Positions 41,171 to 55,661 of a stretch of DNA of 64,000 nt are shown here, piece after piece (the stretch's first letter is position 1; each line of letters opens with the position of its first letter). This DNA is from Octopus vulgaris (lineage: Eukaryota). The stretch lies in contig OX597838.1 of assembly GCA_951406725.2 (NCBI GenBank), positions 44,764,001 through 44,828,000 on the forward strand, in the 5' to 3' direction. The notes beneath the pieces were generated by a model, which was given only the letters and a program-made list of their open reading frames with translations, had not been told where the DNA came from and made no database searches. The translations under genes and the position numbers were made by a program.

Positions 41171-42168
41171 AACACACACACAACACACACACAAGCACAT
41201 ACACAAACACACACACACATATGCATATATTTAATTAATGGGAGACACGCAATATGGAGGATACGAGAATCTGTATTGATTACTACAATTGTTTCGATCT
41301 ATCTAGCATCCATCCCTCGGCTGGTGGTATTCTGAACATCTGGTTTAGGTGTGTCCCGCGGTGTAGATGTGTCTCCTCGAGTGATTTCAGTAAGTATCAC
41401 GTTAAAATAAACTCTGTTTCGCAAGATTTTTCTTAGTCTTCGTATATGGAAGTGATAAATTAAGCTATACAGCTTCATTTTTATAGAAGATCCATTACAA
41501 ATAGTGGATACAAAAAACAAAAAACAAATAAGCAATACAGCGAAAAAAGTATTAGATATAAGCGTTAGTAGATATGGCTGTAGAAACGCCCACACATATG
41601 TGAGAAAAAGCACACGGTCATACAAGCAGATATACACGCGTGGTTTGGCGCATCGTTTGGCGCACACGCTTGCACACAGAATTAAGTAGATATTGATAAA
41701 GTCAATGCCTCTTACTGGCTAGCGATACGACTCCGGTTGGTGAAGAGTCACAGATTTTGTATCTGATATTTGTTATATATATTCTATAAGCATGCAGCTG
41801 TACACCTTAATTTGTCATTTCAATATAGGGAGACCAAGAAGAAATCTTGCGAAACAGAGTTTATTTTAAAGAGATACCTATTGAAATTACTTGAGAAGAC
41901 ACGACTACACCGAAAGATGCATTTAAACTAGACATTCAAAATCTCACCCGCGAGGAATCAATGCTAGAGTGTATATCGTTTATTAATCAAATACCCAACG
42001 GACACTGAGGCAGTGAACGTGATTTACCAGAGAAATACCGGCTTTATACCATACATAATAATAATAATAATAATAATGATGATGATGATGATGATGATAA
42101 TAATGATGATGATGATAATAATGATAATAATAATAATAATGATGATGATGATAATAATGATAATAATA

Positions 42169-42204
<36 letters not shown>

Positions 42205-42366
42205 GTGATGGTGGTGGTGGTGGTGATGGTGGTGGTGGTGGTGGTGGTTGTGGTGGTGGTGGTGATGATGATGATGATGATGGTGATGGTGATGGTGGTG
42301 GTGATGGTGGTGGTGGTGGTTGTGGTGGTGGTGGTGGTGGCGATGATGATGATGATGATGATGATA

Positions 42367-42905
42367 ATTCAAACTGACAGAAAGATAGATGCAAATAGGC
42401 CAGACATCATATTGAAAGACTTCAAACAAAGAACATGCCTCCTCATTGATATGACTGTCCCAATCAATATAAACGTATCTGTCAAGACCTACCAGAAACT
42501 GGGCAAATATAAAGATCTTGAAATAGAAATCAGCAAAATGTGGAACCTGAAGACTAAAACAATACCAGTTGTCATAGGTGCCCTGGGAATGATAGCAAAA
42601 GGGGCTGATTGCTACCTAACTCAGATACCAGGAAACCGAAAAATGGCAGAAATTCAAAAGATAGTGCTCATGGGAACTGCTCATATCCTACGCAAAATAC
42701 TTTCTATGTAATCTCAAGTTTTAAAACAAACATAAATTTGTTTTTTTTTTAGACATTCACTAGTACAACACTAAATACAAAACCAAATATATGGCACACT
42801 AGGCATAACAACATCACGAACTTCCAACCTGTTGTCTCTTGAGGTCCCTGGGTAAGACATGGAGCCAACTTGTACAAGTATAAAGCAAAAGTCAAACATA
42901 GAATA
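42367..42905 (+). mobile_element. 3' end of an R4/Dong-clade LINE with restriction-like endonuclease (ORF ends 42711) and (TAA)n tail
   Basis: IQTDRKIDANRPDII...LLIDMTVP...KLGKYKDLEIEISKMW...IPVVIGALG...LMGTAHILRK; embedded between trinucleotide tracts. Confidence 0.92.
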
Positions 42906-42911
42906 ATAATG

Positions 42912-42991
<80 letters not shown>

Positions 42992-43398
42992 CAGGAGTGG
43001 CTGTGTGGTAAGTAGCTTGCTAACCAACCACATGGTTCTGGGTTCAGTCCCACTGCGTGGCACCTTGGGCAAGTGTCTTCTGCTATAGCCCCGGGCCGAC
43101 CAATGCCTTGTGAGTGGATTTGGTAGACGGAAACTGAAAGAAGCCTGTCGTATATATGTATATATATGTGTGTGTGTGTATGTGTTTGTGTGTCTGTGTT
43201 TGTCCCCCTAGAATTGCTTGACAACCGATGCTGGTGTGTTTACGTACCCGTCACTTAGCGGTTCGGCAAAAGAGACCGATAGAATAAGTACTGGGCTTAC
43301 AAAGAATAAGTCCCGGGGTCGATTTGCTCGACTAAAGGCAGTGCTCCAGCATGGCCGCAGTCAAATGACTGAAACAAGTAAAAGAGTAAAAGAGTAAA
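42992..43398 (+). mobile_element. SINE family A, near-complete reference copy
   Basis: A box TGGCTGTGTGG, B box GGTTCAGTCCC, internal (TA)/(TG) tract, tail ggcagtgctccagcatggccgcagtcaaatgactgaaac then (GTAAAAGA)n. Confidence 0.93.
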
Positions 43399-43432
43399 TA
43401 ATGATAATAATAATGATAATAATAATAATAAT

Positions 43433-43504
<72 letters not shown>

Positions 43505-43505
<1 letters not shown>

Positions 43506-43998
43506 TCATCTACATTGTTTTGTCTTGGTATAAAAGATGGGCTACAGCAAATATTCTGCTCAATACCACAGATTTGCTTGCCAGTTGTTTGACCTTAACC
43601 AGTTGACCATGTCCCTTAGTGGCTGACGATATGTGCGTCTCTGATCACGAGCAGAAGTAGTGGGGGAGCATCATAGCCATGTGTTGAGAGGGATTCTTTG
43701 GGGTTTGAATAGTTCACCTCTGGAAACATGGGTGGTTCTTTCAACATCCTTAAACAACCCTTATTCAGGGACCGTTTGAGCGGGATGGGCTACTCAACCT
43801 GAAGAAAATTCTAACTGGGCCCCACCTGCAAGGTCATGTGCTGTTTATCTTGGTATAAGATCACCATGTCGCGCACATATGGTTGTGATGCATGTGCCTG
43901 GTGTACACTTCTCAGACGGGTAGTCATGATGGGTATATTGGGCTTCGTATATTTTACCCCAGTATCACTTTGATGGCATGAACTGCTCTCTCACACAA
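43505..43998. mobile_element. Unclassified ~490-bp insert between (TAA)n tracts, possibly a LINE 5' UTR
   Basis: Sharp higher-GC block flanked by AAT repeats; no ORF; identity not demonstrable from this window. Confidence 0.4.
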
Positions 43999-44008
43999 TA
44001 ATAATAAT

Positions 44009-44044
<36 letters not shown>

Positions 44045-44047
<3 letters not shown>

Positions 44048-44295
44048 GACGCATGGCTCAGTGGTTTTAGCCGTCGAGGTTACGACCGTGAGGTTGTGAG
44101 TTCGATTCCCGGACCGGGCTGCGTGTTGTGTTCTTGAGCAACACACTTTACTTCGCGTTGCTCCAGTTAACTCAGCTGTAGAAATGAGTTGCGACATCAC
44201 TGATGCCAAACTGTATCGGCCTCATTGCCTTTTCCTTGGATAACATCAGTGGTGTGGAGAGGGGAGGCTGGTATGCATAGGCAACTGCTGGGCTT
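44045..44295 (+). mobile_element. tRNA-headed SINE, family B-related
   Basis: A box TGGCTCAGTGG, B box GAGTTCGATTCCC, central 'cttgagcaacacactttacttcgcgttgctccagttaactcagctg'. Confidence 0.85.
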
Positions 44296-44458
44296 CCACA
44301 ATTTTATGAACATGTCAACTTATTTATTTATTAAACTGATAATTATTATAACATACATTCATATAGCATATTATTCATTACATATAAGATATAAATATAG
44401 TAATATATAAAGATACCAGTAATTATTATAAAAAAACCTGAATGTAAATTGGTAAACT

Positions 44459-44684
<226 letters not shown>

Positions 44685-45482
44685 ATGATATATATATATA
44701 TATATATATATATAAGATGGATACGTAGAGGAGAATACATAATGATTGACAATAGAAAAGGGAGTGAGAAGTAGGAGTAATAATAATGGTACAGGTACAG
44801 AGTGGAAGGATTAGAGAAAAAGAGGGAGAGAGGGGGGAGTCAGATGATGCGTAGATCCGCAAGTTGCACATGAGTGAAGGAAGAAAGAGTAAAAATACTT
44901 GGAGGTATATGTTGGGTGAGGAGGAAAGATGATTCTTTCTCCGCATCAGACTCCATACTTAGGAGTAAATCTTGGCAATGCTGTTTCAACTCATAGTTGA
45001 AACCACATCACTTTCAAAGCGCGCCCATCTACAAGGCATCGTGCATTCACAGCACAACGTCAACGACCCCGTAGGGCAGAACATTAGGTGGAGGACATTT
45101 ATGCTTTCTGAAATAAGGAAAATAAACAAATGCAACAAAGTGAAGCAAACGATTTTATTGAACAGTTTATTTATTCCCATATAAGGAAATGTAATTTATA
45201 TTTCAAGTTTCTATCGGTTTATTTGATCTATGTGTACATACGTACGTTGTGTCTGAGTCCGCACGCTTGTATGAGTGTGTGTGCGTGTGTGCGTTTTATT
45301 TTATGTGAATACACGTTTGAACAAGTATATTTTTCAAAGGTCGCATGTATTCAAAACAAGCATAAACATATAGTTACATATATATACAAATACGAACGTT
45401 AATGCATTCGCACTCATATGCATACACAAACACACGTACATACATACGTACAAACATACTTTTGCATACATACATATGTATA

Positions 45483-45524
<42 letters not shown>

Positions 45525-46833
45525 CTCACACATTCAATAAAATCCACAAAATACCTCATGAAATACAGCCACCCAGCGCTTCCTGGCCAAAATATCAATT
45601 TATTTTCCCACCTGTCAAGCTATTAATAACACGATGCTTTAGTAATATCCTGGTTACTAAACCGTCTTGTTGTTTTTAACAGCTTGATACAAGGCTAATT
45701 CGATTACTATTTCGGTTAGGAAGCCCTGAGTGTTCGCATTTCACAAGGTTTTGATTATAACGATATCATTATTCTCTTAACTGATCGAGTGCTCTAATAC
45801 TTGGGGAAAATCATACCACACAATCACACTTGCGCCTACGTACATACATACATACATACATACATACATACATACATACATACATACATACATACAAACA
45901 TACGTGTGTCCATCCGTACGTATGGTATTCAGCGCATTTGTGGGAGTTACATATCTATTTTGAAATGCCAGTTTGTTTAAGCTCCACCTGGCTTAACGTT
46001 TCGTAAATGCGTACGACACGTCCATCTCGTCTGACCAAACTTGAGCCTTGCGAAGCTGACTAAAACTAATAACGTATATATCGTTTCCTTTTAAACAATT
46101 CTTCACGTTGTAGCTCCTTGCGTTTATGTTTTCTCAATGCCCCCCCCCCTTGTGATCCAATGTGGAATCCCTATAAGTAGTCTGGAAACATACTTGAAAT
46201 AAATTTCAAATCTCTTCTCCATGACACCTCTCACACCTTTAAAAGAAGGACATAAAGTATCTCTGAAAAGACAGGATGATCGTGGATGAAATTCTTTCAT
46301 TATAATTTTGCCCTTTCCTGAGCTGACCAGGGGTTCAACGACAAACTTCTTTCTTTAATGAGCCAATGGAAATGGATTTCATGTACGTTGTTGTTGCTGT
46401 TTTCTTCATTCACAATATACAGCTGAGAAAACAGAGCTACAATTAAAACATTTCAAACGTGACCATGCAATGTTTTACCTTTATACAATAATCTCAGGAA
46501 TACGTTTTCCAAGTCTTCTTCTCTAAGACTGATGAAGTTATGATCTGAGGTATAACTGGTTTCTGTTTCTTGTTGCTCAAGCGACCATGTAGTTTTTTAC
46601 TTCATGAGCAAGGCCTACGTGATTACATCATTGTGGTCGCTCTTAATGCTATACATACATACATACATGCATGCATACATACATACATACATTCATTCAT
46701 TCATACATACATATGCTCGAAATGAGGAGTAGATAGACAGCCGGCAACTGATGAAGGGTCCTTCCTCTGTGGTTACTTGTCCTGTTTTCCATTTTCTTCT
46801 CTCGTTGTTTACGTATATATATTATATTGTCAA

Positions 46834-48750
46834 ACAAGTGTGGCGTCCCACACGGGACAGTGCTACTGACGTTTATAGCCCCAGGAAGAGGTCTCTTCCA
46901 GCTGGCTAACGACACATATTCTGTGTCCGATTAGTATTTGCGAGGAGAGGTCATCGCTCCCATCCTAAGCTTTACGTGATACACACGGACTCGAGTTTCT
47001 GGTTGGTTACCCGTCCTCAGCATGTGTTAATCACCAGCTAGTAATGAAAACTTACCCCACTCGCAAAATACTATATGCTTTTTCCAGCGACGAACCATCG
47101 CTGATCTCGAAAAAGGAGAAATAAGCTATATTAAATCTCTGAGAGTGATGTAAACAGTAGCAATACGAAATCGTGACAAGCAAATGCCAACCAAGTGTGG
47201 CGTCCTATACAGTGCCACTGACGTTTATAACCAGCTGGAAGACATCTCTTCTAGCTGGCAAACGACACACATTCTTAACAAAATAACCAGAGGTTTACCG
47301 CATGGATAAATCAAGGACACGACAGAAAGAAAACAACAAGCGGAAATCTAACAAAACTTAGCATGCAGAAAAATTCACGATAATATAACGAACGGTAAAC
47401 AGGATAAAAACAATATACATGGATCTTCAGTCAGTGTCCGGAAAGTCCTTGCAGTTCCGCACATTTTTATCACTGAGACTGCTCGAATCCGGCAAGTGCC
47501 GGAAACTTAAGCTAAAAGCATTAAGCCTCTGGAAAAAAACGAATTATTGAGTACAAGAACGGAAAAGAAAAGAAAGAAAGTTAGAATTCTACCCTTACAA
47601 CAGATAAACGCATTTCGGCAATACAAGAGAAGGAAAAAATTGTGCATTTACAAATGCAAATGAAAAATATAACAGAAAGGGTCTTTCGACTATCGGACAA
47701 ACGTAACGTTGTGAAATAAGGGTGCAAGAACAAGAGAAAAAGAATTACATATATATAGAATGGACAAACGTCTTTCGGCTCTACAACAGAAGGAAAATAA
47801 TTGTACAATCACATCAGTAACTGAGTGGTTCTTTCGACTATCAGACGAAGGTAGTAAGCTGGCGCAAAGAAAAAAATGAAAAATCTTAACAGACCGAGCG
47901 GTAGACCAGACGAACTCGATGGACTTGGACAGCGGCTGGTCGTACAAGGACGACGATGGCTTGGCCGGACAGCGATCATGTAGTAGCAGAGGGAAAGAGT
48001 TGAAGAAGAGAGTGGAACTAAGGAATAAGAGAGAGGGAAAAAATCAGTAGAGAGGCAGAAGGAGAGAAAAAGTTACAAGGGAGACAAGCGAGGAAGGAAA
48101 GCAAAAGGATTGAGGAATAAGAGGGAGAGGGAAAAGGACTAAGGAATACGAAAGAGGGAAAATGAAATCAGAGGGAGTGAGGACCGAGAGGGAGGGAAAG
48201 AGAGAAAGACAGAAACAGAAGGAAAGAAAAAGGAAGAAAAAAGAGGAAAGAAAGAGAGGGCAAGAGTGGTAGATAATATACAAGAAATATATCCTTTTAA
48301 CGAAGTAAACTACGTGTTGTATGGCAGGGATAAATCAAGGTCAAGACAGAAAGAACGGAAGCGGAAATCTAACAAAAGAAAACACGATGAAAAATACAGG
48401 ATAACATAACAAAAGGTTAACAGGACAAAAATAAGATTCACGGATCATTCACAGCTGATTACTCTTCAGTCAGTGTCCGAAAAATCGTTGAACCGCCGAA
48501 AGGCGTTCGTCCGTTGCATATGTATAATTCTATCTTGGTTTTCTTTCCCTTCTTGTGTACATTTGTTTGCTTTTCCCAGAGGTTTAATGCTTTTAGCTTA
48601 AGTCTCTGGCACTTGCCGGATTCGAGCAGTCTCGGTCATAAAAGAGTGCGGAACTGCAAGGACTTTCCAGACACGGATCATTCCCAGCCAGTTTCCTCTT
48701 CAGTCTGGGAATTCCTTGCAGTTCCGGTGTTTTGTTGGCTTTCCGCTTGA
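46834..48750. repeat. Composite element with direct repeats (46834-46914/47192-47269; ~47300-47445/48325-48485) and inverted repeat (~47433-47575/48540-48675)
   Basis: Direct sequence comparison, e.g. 'gtccttgcagttccgcac' vs 'gtgcggaactgcaaggac'. Confidence 0.75.
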
Positions 48751-48985
48751 ATTTTTCTGTCATACCCTTCATTTACACACACACACGCACACATACAAAC
48801 ACACACACACATACACACCCATCTATGTATATATATATAAGGTATAAGTTAGAGGTGTTGAAACCTCTAAGAGATAGATATATCCAGAGGCACCCCTGGT
48901 AATTATCTCAGTATATATGGTCCTCGTTATAATGTATACAGCAGTAGATAATTTAAAGGTAAACCGTAGTTTAATGTATATATAA

Positions 48986-49469
48986 ACGATAAGAAAATAG
49001 AGAAATAAGTAACAGTGAGAAGTGGATGTTTGGTGCTATAAAGCCATTATGTAATTAGTTAAGACGAGAGTTAGAGTGAGTTTACAGCTGTTTCCGTGTC
49101 TCAGGCTGAGGTAAATATGTATTTACCTCGTTGCAAATGGTAGACATCATCAGAGCGAAGAAAGCAAAGATAAACAAAAAAGAGGATAGAGCGAAATATA
49201 CTGCGAGGAAGGTTGTTTATGGAAGACCAGCAGTCGCCCATTCATACTAACCTCCTCTCTACACACTCCATTCTCCTCTTTGTTTATCTTTGCCTTTTTT
49301 GTTCTGATGATGTCTACCATTTGCAACGAGGTAAATACATACTTACCTCAGCCTGAGACACGGAAACAGCTGTAAACTCAATAACTCTCGTCTTAACTAA
49401 TTACATAATGGCTTTATAGCACCAAACATCCACTTCTCACTGTTACTTATTTTTCTATTTTCTTATCGT
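48986..49469. mobile_element. Foldback element with an HHR-like motif in each arm (49080-49156 on -, 49301-49377 on +)
   Basis: gtt-CTGATGA-tgtct...agaca-cg-GAAAC-agct-GTA-aac (2 extra nt before GAAA); TA-flanked. Confidence 0.8.
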
Positions 49470-49472
49470 CTA

Positions 49473-49545
<73 letters not shown>

Positions 49546-49595
49546 AGAGAGAGAGAGAGAGAGAGAGTGAGTGAGAGTGAGATACGTATATACAC

Positions 49596-49658
<63 letters not shown>

Positions 49659-50283
49659 CATATATATATGTAGGAATGTATATGTATAATTGAGTATATA
49701 TATATATATATATATCGTTATCTGCCTCTTCCCGTAACTGTCTGTCTGTCTGTCTATCTATTCATCTATCCAATCTACTTATCTATCAAGTTTTCTACGT
49801 ATTTCATATCCTGTTTATGCTCATCTTTTCCCATCACACTCTCTATCTCTATCTCTCTCCTTCTCCCTCTATATACCTACCTAACTCTCCGTTCATCCCT
49901 CTGTGTATCTCCGTATGACAACAAAGGTAATAATAATCTATAATTATTTAGACACTGTTTAATTGTTGACATATCTGTTAGTTTCCGCTGCTGCCGCCGC
50001 CGCCGCTCCGTAACTAGGAAACCTGCATGTTTGCTAACGTGTCTCTTGTCACATTCTGCTGAACTTAATGAATGAGTGGACAGCAGAGAGCGGGCAGTGG
50101 ACAGTGGAGGAGCTTACTGTTCTCTAACGTACATCAATATTTTGCAGAATATCGACCCGACACTAGCCGGAAGTTTAAATCAGAACGCACAGAGCTCTAG
50201 AAGTTTCTCGAACGGGCATTCTCTTCATTTTCTTGAAGAAGATTTCATCACTACTGCCGTGCATCAATCCATCCATCCATCCG

Positions 50284-50314
<31 letters not shown>

Positions 50315-52234
50315 GTCCATCCATCCATCCATCCATCCATCCATCCATCCATCCATACATACATACATACATACATACATACATACATACATACATACAT
50401 GGACTGCTGTCGTTATTTCTCTTTTTGTTGTTTTTATTGTTGTTTCACTAAATTAGTATAACCGCAGTTCAAATCGAAAAGCACCTAGAATATTTTCCAC
50501 CGAAAATTCTCTTCCTCATCGTATTCTCATGGTTGCTGCCGTTGGTTTTCCTTTTAATAACAAGTTCGTCTTAAAGTTGCTCTCATCGATTTTCTTATTA
50601 TTTTCACTGTCGTTGTTGTCTACTATCAGGTTATTCCCTAAATTAACACACCTATGACCTGTAGGTAATAACCTGTACGACGGAGTGTAACAGTCGGAAA
50701 CATATTTCAAAACAAACCACGCCTTCAGTTAATGGATAAAACATGCATTCAATTAAGTTCTGATTGTTGACACAATAGAAGCAGACGAAATGAACTTAAT
50801 CAAAAACAACAGATTTTGGTCCTCTGCGACTTTTTTAATGTCAGTGTACATTGCAGTACAGTTTTGGTGAATTAATTAAATAAATAATAGTTCTACTACT
50901 TTTAAGTACTTGTGTATGTTGCGTGTTAGCAAGCCACAAGGGGTGGGGGTGGGGTATATTGTTCGCAGTATGGTATTGCCGTTGTATTCTGGTGTGTAAT
51001 GGCAGTATTTGAAAAATGGTAATAAGCGTAGTTCCAAGGACTATGAGAACCGTTGCTCATGTTGGTTTTGTTATTGTGGTCAAGCAATATTTCCCAGGTC
51101 GGCCAATATTTAAACATATTATTAGGGGAAGTGTTAGGAGAAGTGTTCGGGTTCCAGATTTTTCTTCAGACATTTCAGAGTGAACTAATTTTCCCGAGTT
51201 TTCATTTTCTTAAAAACCTTAAGTATGTTAGTTGCGTGAGATCTAGTTTGAATATCCAGTCGATCCCAGTGCAAAAATTCCTTCACGGGTACATTGCCGT
51301 CAGCGCCGTTGTGGCTGATAATTTTCTTCTCTTAGACACAAGCGAGTTCTCAATGCTCAAACTTGTGGTAAATGTCATTCTGGAAATAACCATCTCATCG
51401 ATTTTACAGAAATTAATTATCAGGTTTGTCATTTTTCAAAATCGTTATGCTTAAGGAAATGTTGAAATTACTTTATTGCATTGGTTTTGTTTAGCACCAG
51501 TTTCACATTAACTAAGAATTCCTATATTCAAAGATATTCCAAACATTACAACCCCGCGACCTATGTGCACGGAACACAGGACCACATAATCCAAAGTTAT
51601 CTCTAGAATAGGATACGATAGATATTTTGCTGCTAATTCTAGGAGAGCAAGTTACGAAGTGAGAGTAGCTCAGTGGCTTGGAAGATGTCGGTTGCGGAGA
51701 CTGACAATGTTTAAATTGTACTGTGAAATCTGGGGAGTAGTGTTATCTTGATGAGAATAACTAATTTTAACATTAAAAAGTTTGAAGAGTTTGTTCTAAT
51801 CAATGGTAATTTTACATGATATCTTACTAAGGAGATAAAGACATCTGGTTATTACTACTGAAGTATATATGCACTGACTAACACGCACATATGCTCAACC
51901 CATACATTCTTCCCACAAACACTCCCTACACACACTGTCACACACACACACACACACCCACTACCCCCCACACATGTTTTTATGCATATGTATGTGTATG
52001 AATGTACGTAAGTGCGCATTATATATAAATATGAATAACATATTTTTCCTCAGTTCAAATTCATTCAAACTTTTCGTTTTATCTTTGAAGTATTTTTAAT
52101 CTAAAATATTGTAAGGGCTTCATTGTCAATCTTCTGTAGGTTTCCTTCGAGAATAAAGTCATTTGATGTGATTGAGGCCTAAAGCAATTCACATAATGTG
52201 TGTGACAGCAGCTTTGAAAACAGATACACATATA

Positions 52235-52612
52235 TTCTTTTATCCTTTTACTTATGTCAGTCATTTTACTGCGGCCATGCTGGATCATCACCTCGAGGAG
52301 TTTTAGTCGAACAAATCGATGCCAGGATATATTTCATAAACCTATTATTTATCTTTCAACCTCTTTTGCTGAACCATTATGTTAGTGGAAGGAAGCACAC
52401 CAACACCGGTTGTTAATCGATTTTAGGGGGACAAACACAGACACAAAGGCATAGAAAGAAATATACATATATATACGATGGGCTTCTTTCAGTTTCCGCC
52501 TGCCGAATTTATTCACGAGGCTTCGGTCTGCCCAAGTTGCCATGCAGTGGCACTGAATCGGGAACCATGTGGTCAGGAAGAAAGCTCCTTACCACACAGC
52601 TACGCCTGCGCC
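52235..52612 (-). mobile_element. SINE family A (diverged, internally deleted)
   Basis: Head 'cttaccacacagctacgcctgcgcc' and tail 'actgcggccatgctgga'. Confidence 0.8.
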
Positions 52613-52636
52613 TATACATATATATATATATATATG

Positions 52637-52693
<57 letters not shown>

Positions 52694-52909
52694 TGTATGT
52701 ATGTACATATATTTATATATGTGTGTGAGCATGTACGTACATGTGTGTGTGTATGGAATTTACAAAAAAAAAAAAACAAAAAGACGAAGACAGGTGTGTA
52801 AGCAACAAACAGGTGTATTAGTTTAACGCTCGGGAAGGTGAGAAAGTTTTTTTATTTTTCGAGTCTACGCTTTTAACAGAAAGGAACTCGAGAAAATAAA
52901 CAGAGGGAG

Positions 52910-52940
<31 letters not shown>

Positions 52941-53206
52941 GCATGATCACTTAGACATAGCTGGCTGATGCGTATGAGCTGATAGTTTCTAAAACATTTT
53001 CGCGTATTGTTTTAGGTGTGATTACTTTGGAGCTTTTCACTCCCTTTACAGCAATATCCATAACAAGAAAGCATTTCTATTTTCCTGATTTGAAAGCCAT
53101 CGATGAACCTCGGCCTCTGATTCACGTCCCAACTCGGGAATTCGCTGACTTAACGTTAAACATCTTTAAAGCAAACGCAGCAAAAGGTTAATCTTTTATA
53201 ATGAAA

Positions 53207-53569
53207 CTAGCACTATGACCCGGCAACGCCGGGTCGTAATGCTAGTGCATGCATATACAGCTGGGTGAGTGCACACATGCACGCGAGTACTGTCCAAATC
53301 TCCGACCAATCACATACAGCCAGCCGGCATTCAATTGGCGTATCAAGTTTCGGGCATTCTAATTGGATTTTGGATAGAAAATTCACAAAAAAGTCATTTC
53401 TATTGGTTTTTTAATGGCTTTACCCAGGGGTGACTGGGGAAATATAAAGATGTGCACGACCACCATTGGACGGTTGTGAATGACCATAGAAAGTGCGAGC
53501 CCTCTAACTAAAAAATTGTGGATTTGTATAAAGGACACACAGACATTTAACCGTTTATATATAGAGAGA
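53207..53569 (-). mobile_element. Non-autonomous Helitron-type element
   Basis: On - strand: A|TCTCTCTATATATAAA ... gacccggcgttgccgggtc hairpin ... CTAG|T. Confidence 0.8.
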
Positions 53570-54019
53570 TGACATCGACAGCTTAATTAAGATTTTTAGT
53601 TGAAACCTGGGTCTACTGTATAGGTTTCAACAAGACTGCTTGTAGACCACATCTACGAATGTAAGCAGAACATATTTTTCGTGTAAATAGCAAAAATTAT
53701 GGTTCCTATGTTAAATTTATCACTCAGGCTGGTATGTATATTTGAATGTTGGTATCTTAAAGGCAATTGAAGCAGCAAACATATTTAACAAAGTTAAAGG
53801 AAAAATTGAAGAAAATACTTAATAGTCGGGTAATTTAAAATTCTGTACAATGGAATTATGAGAGATATGCTAAGAGGAGGTCCAATCAGTAGAACTTTTT
53901 AATTAATCACTCTACTTTTTGCAACATACATATGTTCACACACGCACAGACACATACACACACATGCACATGCATCTTCCACACACACTCACATGCTCAT
54001 GCACGCGCGCACAGTGACA

Positions 54020-54129
54020 CATATGTATGTGTGTATGTATGTATGTATGTATGTAAGTATATATGTATGTGTGTATGTATGTAAGTATGTATGTATGTGT
54101 GTATGTATGTATGTATGTATGTATGTATG

Positions 54130-54160
<31 letters not shown>

Positions 54161-54425
54161 GTATGTATGTATGTGTGTATGTATGTAAGTATGTATGTAT
54201 GTGTGTATGTATGTAAGTATGTAAGTATGTGTGTATGCATGTATGTAAGTGTGTATGTATGTATGTATGTATGTATGTATGTATGTATGTATGTATGTAT
54301 GTATGTATGTATGTATGTATGTATGTATGTATGTATGTATGTATGTATGTATGTATGTGTGTATGTATGTATGTATGTATGTGTGTATGTATGTATGTAT
54401 GTATGTAAGTATGTATGTATGTGTG

Positions 54426-54456
<31 letters not shown>

Positions 54457-54821
54457 GTAAGTATGTATGTATGTATATATGTATGTATGTGTGTATGTAT
54501 GTATGTATGTGTGTATGTAGGTATGTATGTATGTATGTATGTATGTATGTATGTATGTATGTATGTGTGTATGTTTGTATGTATGTATGTATGTATGTAT
54601 GTGTGTATGTATGTAAGTAAGTATGTATGTATGTATGTATGTATGTGTGTATGTATGTATGTATGTATGTATGTATGTATGTATGTATGTATGTATGTAT
54701 GTATGTATGTATGTGTGTATGTATGTAAGTAAGTATGTATGTATGTGTGTATGTATGTATGTATGTATGTGTGTGTGTATGTATGTATGTATGTATGTAT
54801 GTATGTATGTATGTATGTATG

Positions 54822-54852
<31 letters not shown>

Positions 54853-54909
54853 GTAAGTATGTATGTATGTATGTATGTGTGTATGTATGTATGTATGTAT
54901 GTATGTGTG

Positions 54910-54940
<31 letters not shown>

Positions 54941-55005
54941 GTAAGTATGTATGTATGTATATATGTATGTATGTGTGTATGTATGTATGTACGTAAGTAT
55001 GTAAG
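54020..55005. repeat. ~1 kb (TATG)n microsatellite with TGTG/TAAG variants
   Basis: Direct reading. Confidence 0.98.
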
Positions 55006-55096
55006 CACAAGACTTAATCTTCAGATGTTACAAAATGAACTTCATTCCCAAGAATTCATTGCATAGTATTTGACAAATTTTTCTTCAGCATCTTTA

Positions 55097-55661
55097 TCAT
55101 CATCATCATCATCTTCTTCTTCTTCTTCTTCTTCTTCTTCTTCTTCTTCTTCTTCTTCTTCTTCTTCTTCTTCTCCTTCTCCTTCTTCTTCTCCTTCCCC
55201 TTCTCCTTCTTCTTCTTCTTCTTCTTCTTCTTCTCCTTCTCCTTCTTCTTCTCCTTCTTCGTCTTCTTCTTATTCTCCTTCTTCTTCTTCTTCTTCTTCT
55301 TCTTCTTCTTCTTCTTCTTCTTCTTCTTCTTCTTCTTCTTCTTCTCCTTCTCCTTCTTCTTCTTCTCCTTCTTCTTCTTCTTCTTCTTCTTCTTCTTCTT
55401 CTTCTCCTTCTTCTTCTTCTTCTTCTTCTTCTTCTTCTTCTTCTCCTTCTTCTTCTTCTTCTTCTTCTTCTTCTTCTCCTTTCTTCTTCTTCTTCTTCTT
55501 CTTCTTCTTCTTCTTCTTCTTCTTCTTCTTCTTCTTCTTCTTCTTCTCCTTCTTCTTCTTCTTCTTCTTCTTCTTCTTCTTCTTCTTCTTCTTCTTCTTC
55601 TTCTTCTTCTTCTTCTTCTTCTTCTTCTTCTTCTTCTTCTTCTTCTTCTTCTTCTTCTTCT
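55097..55661. repeat. (TTC)n/(TCC) polypyrimidine microsatellite
   Basis: Direct reading. Confidence 0.98.

Noticed and set aside
42992-43070. tRNA genes at A/B-box motifs (also 44045, 62153, 37447)
   Set aside because: They continue directly into SINE bodies and I could not form a complete cloverleaf.
43900-43965. Hammerhead-like GAAG...CTGAGAA on the minus strand
   Set aside because: Both core halves deviate and stems are not convincing.
51053-51454. 133-aa ORF
   Set aside because: Non-ATG start, no motif, and composition typical of random AT-rich sequence.
52780-52910. HHR remnant in a short TA-flanked element
   Set aside because: Core too degraded to call.
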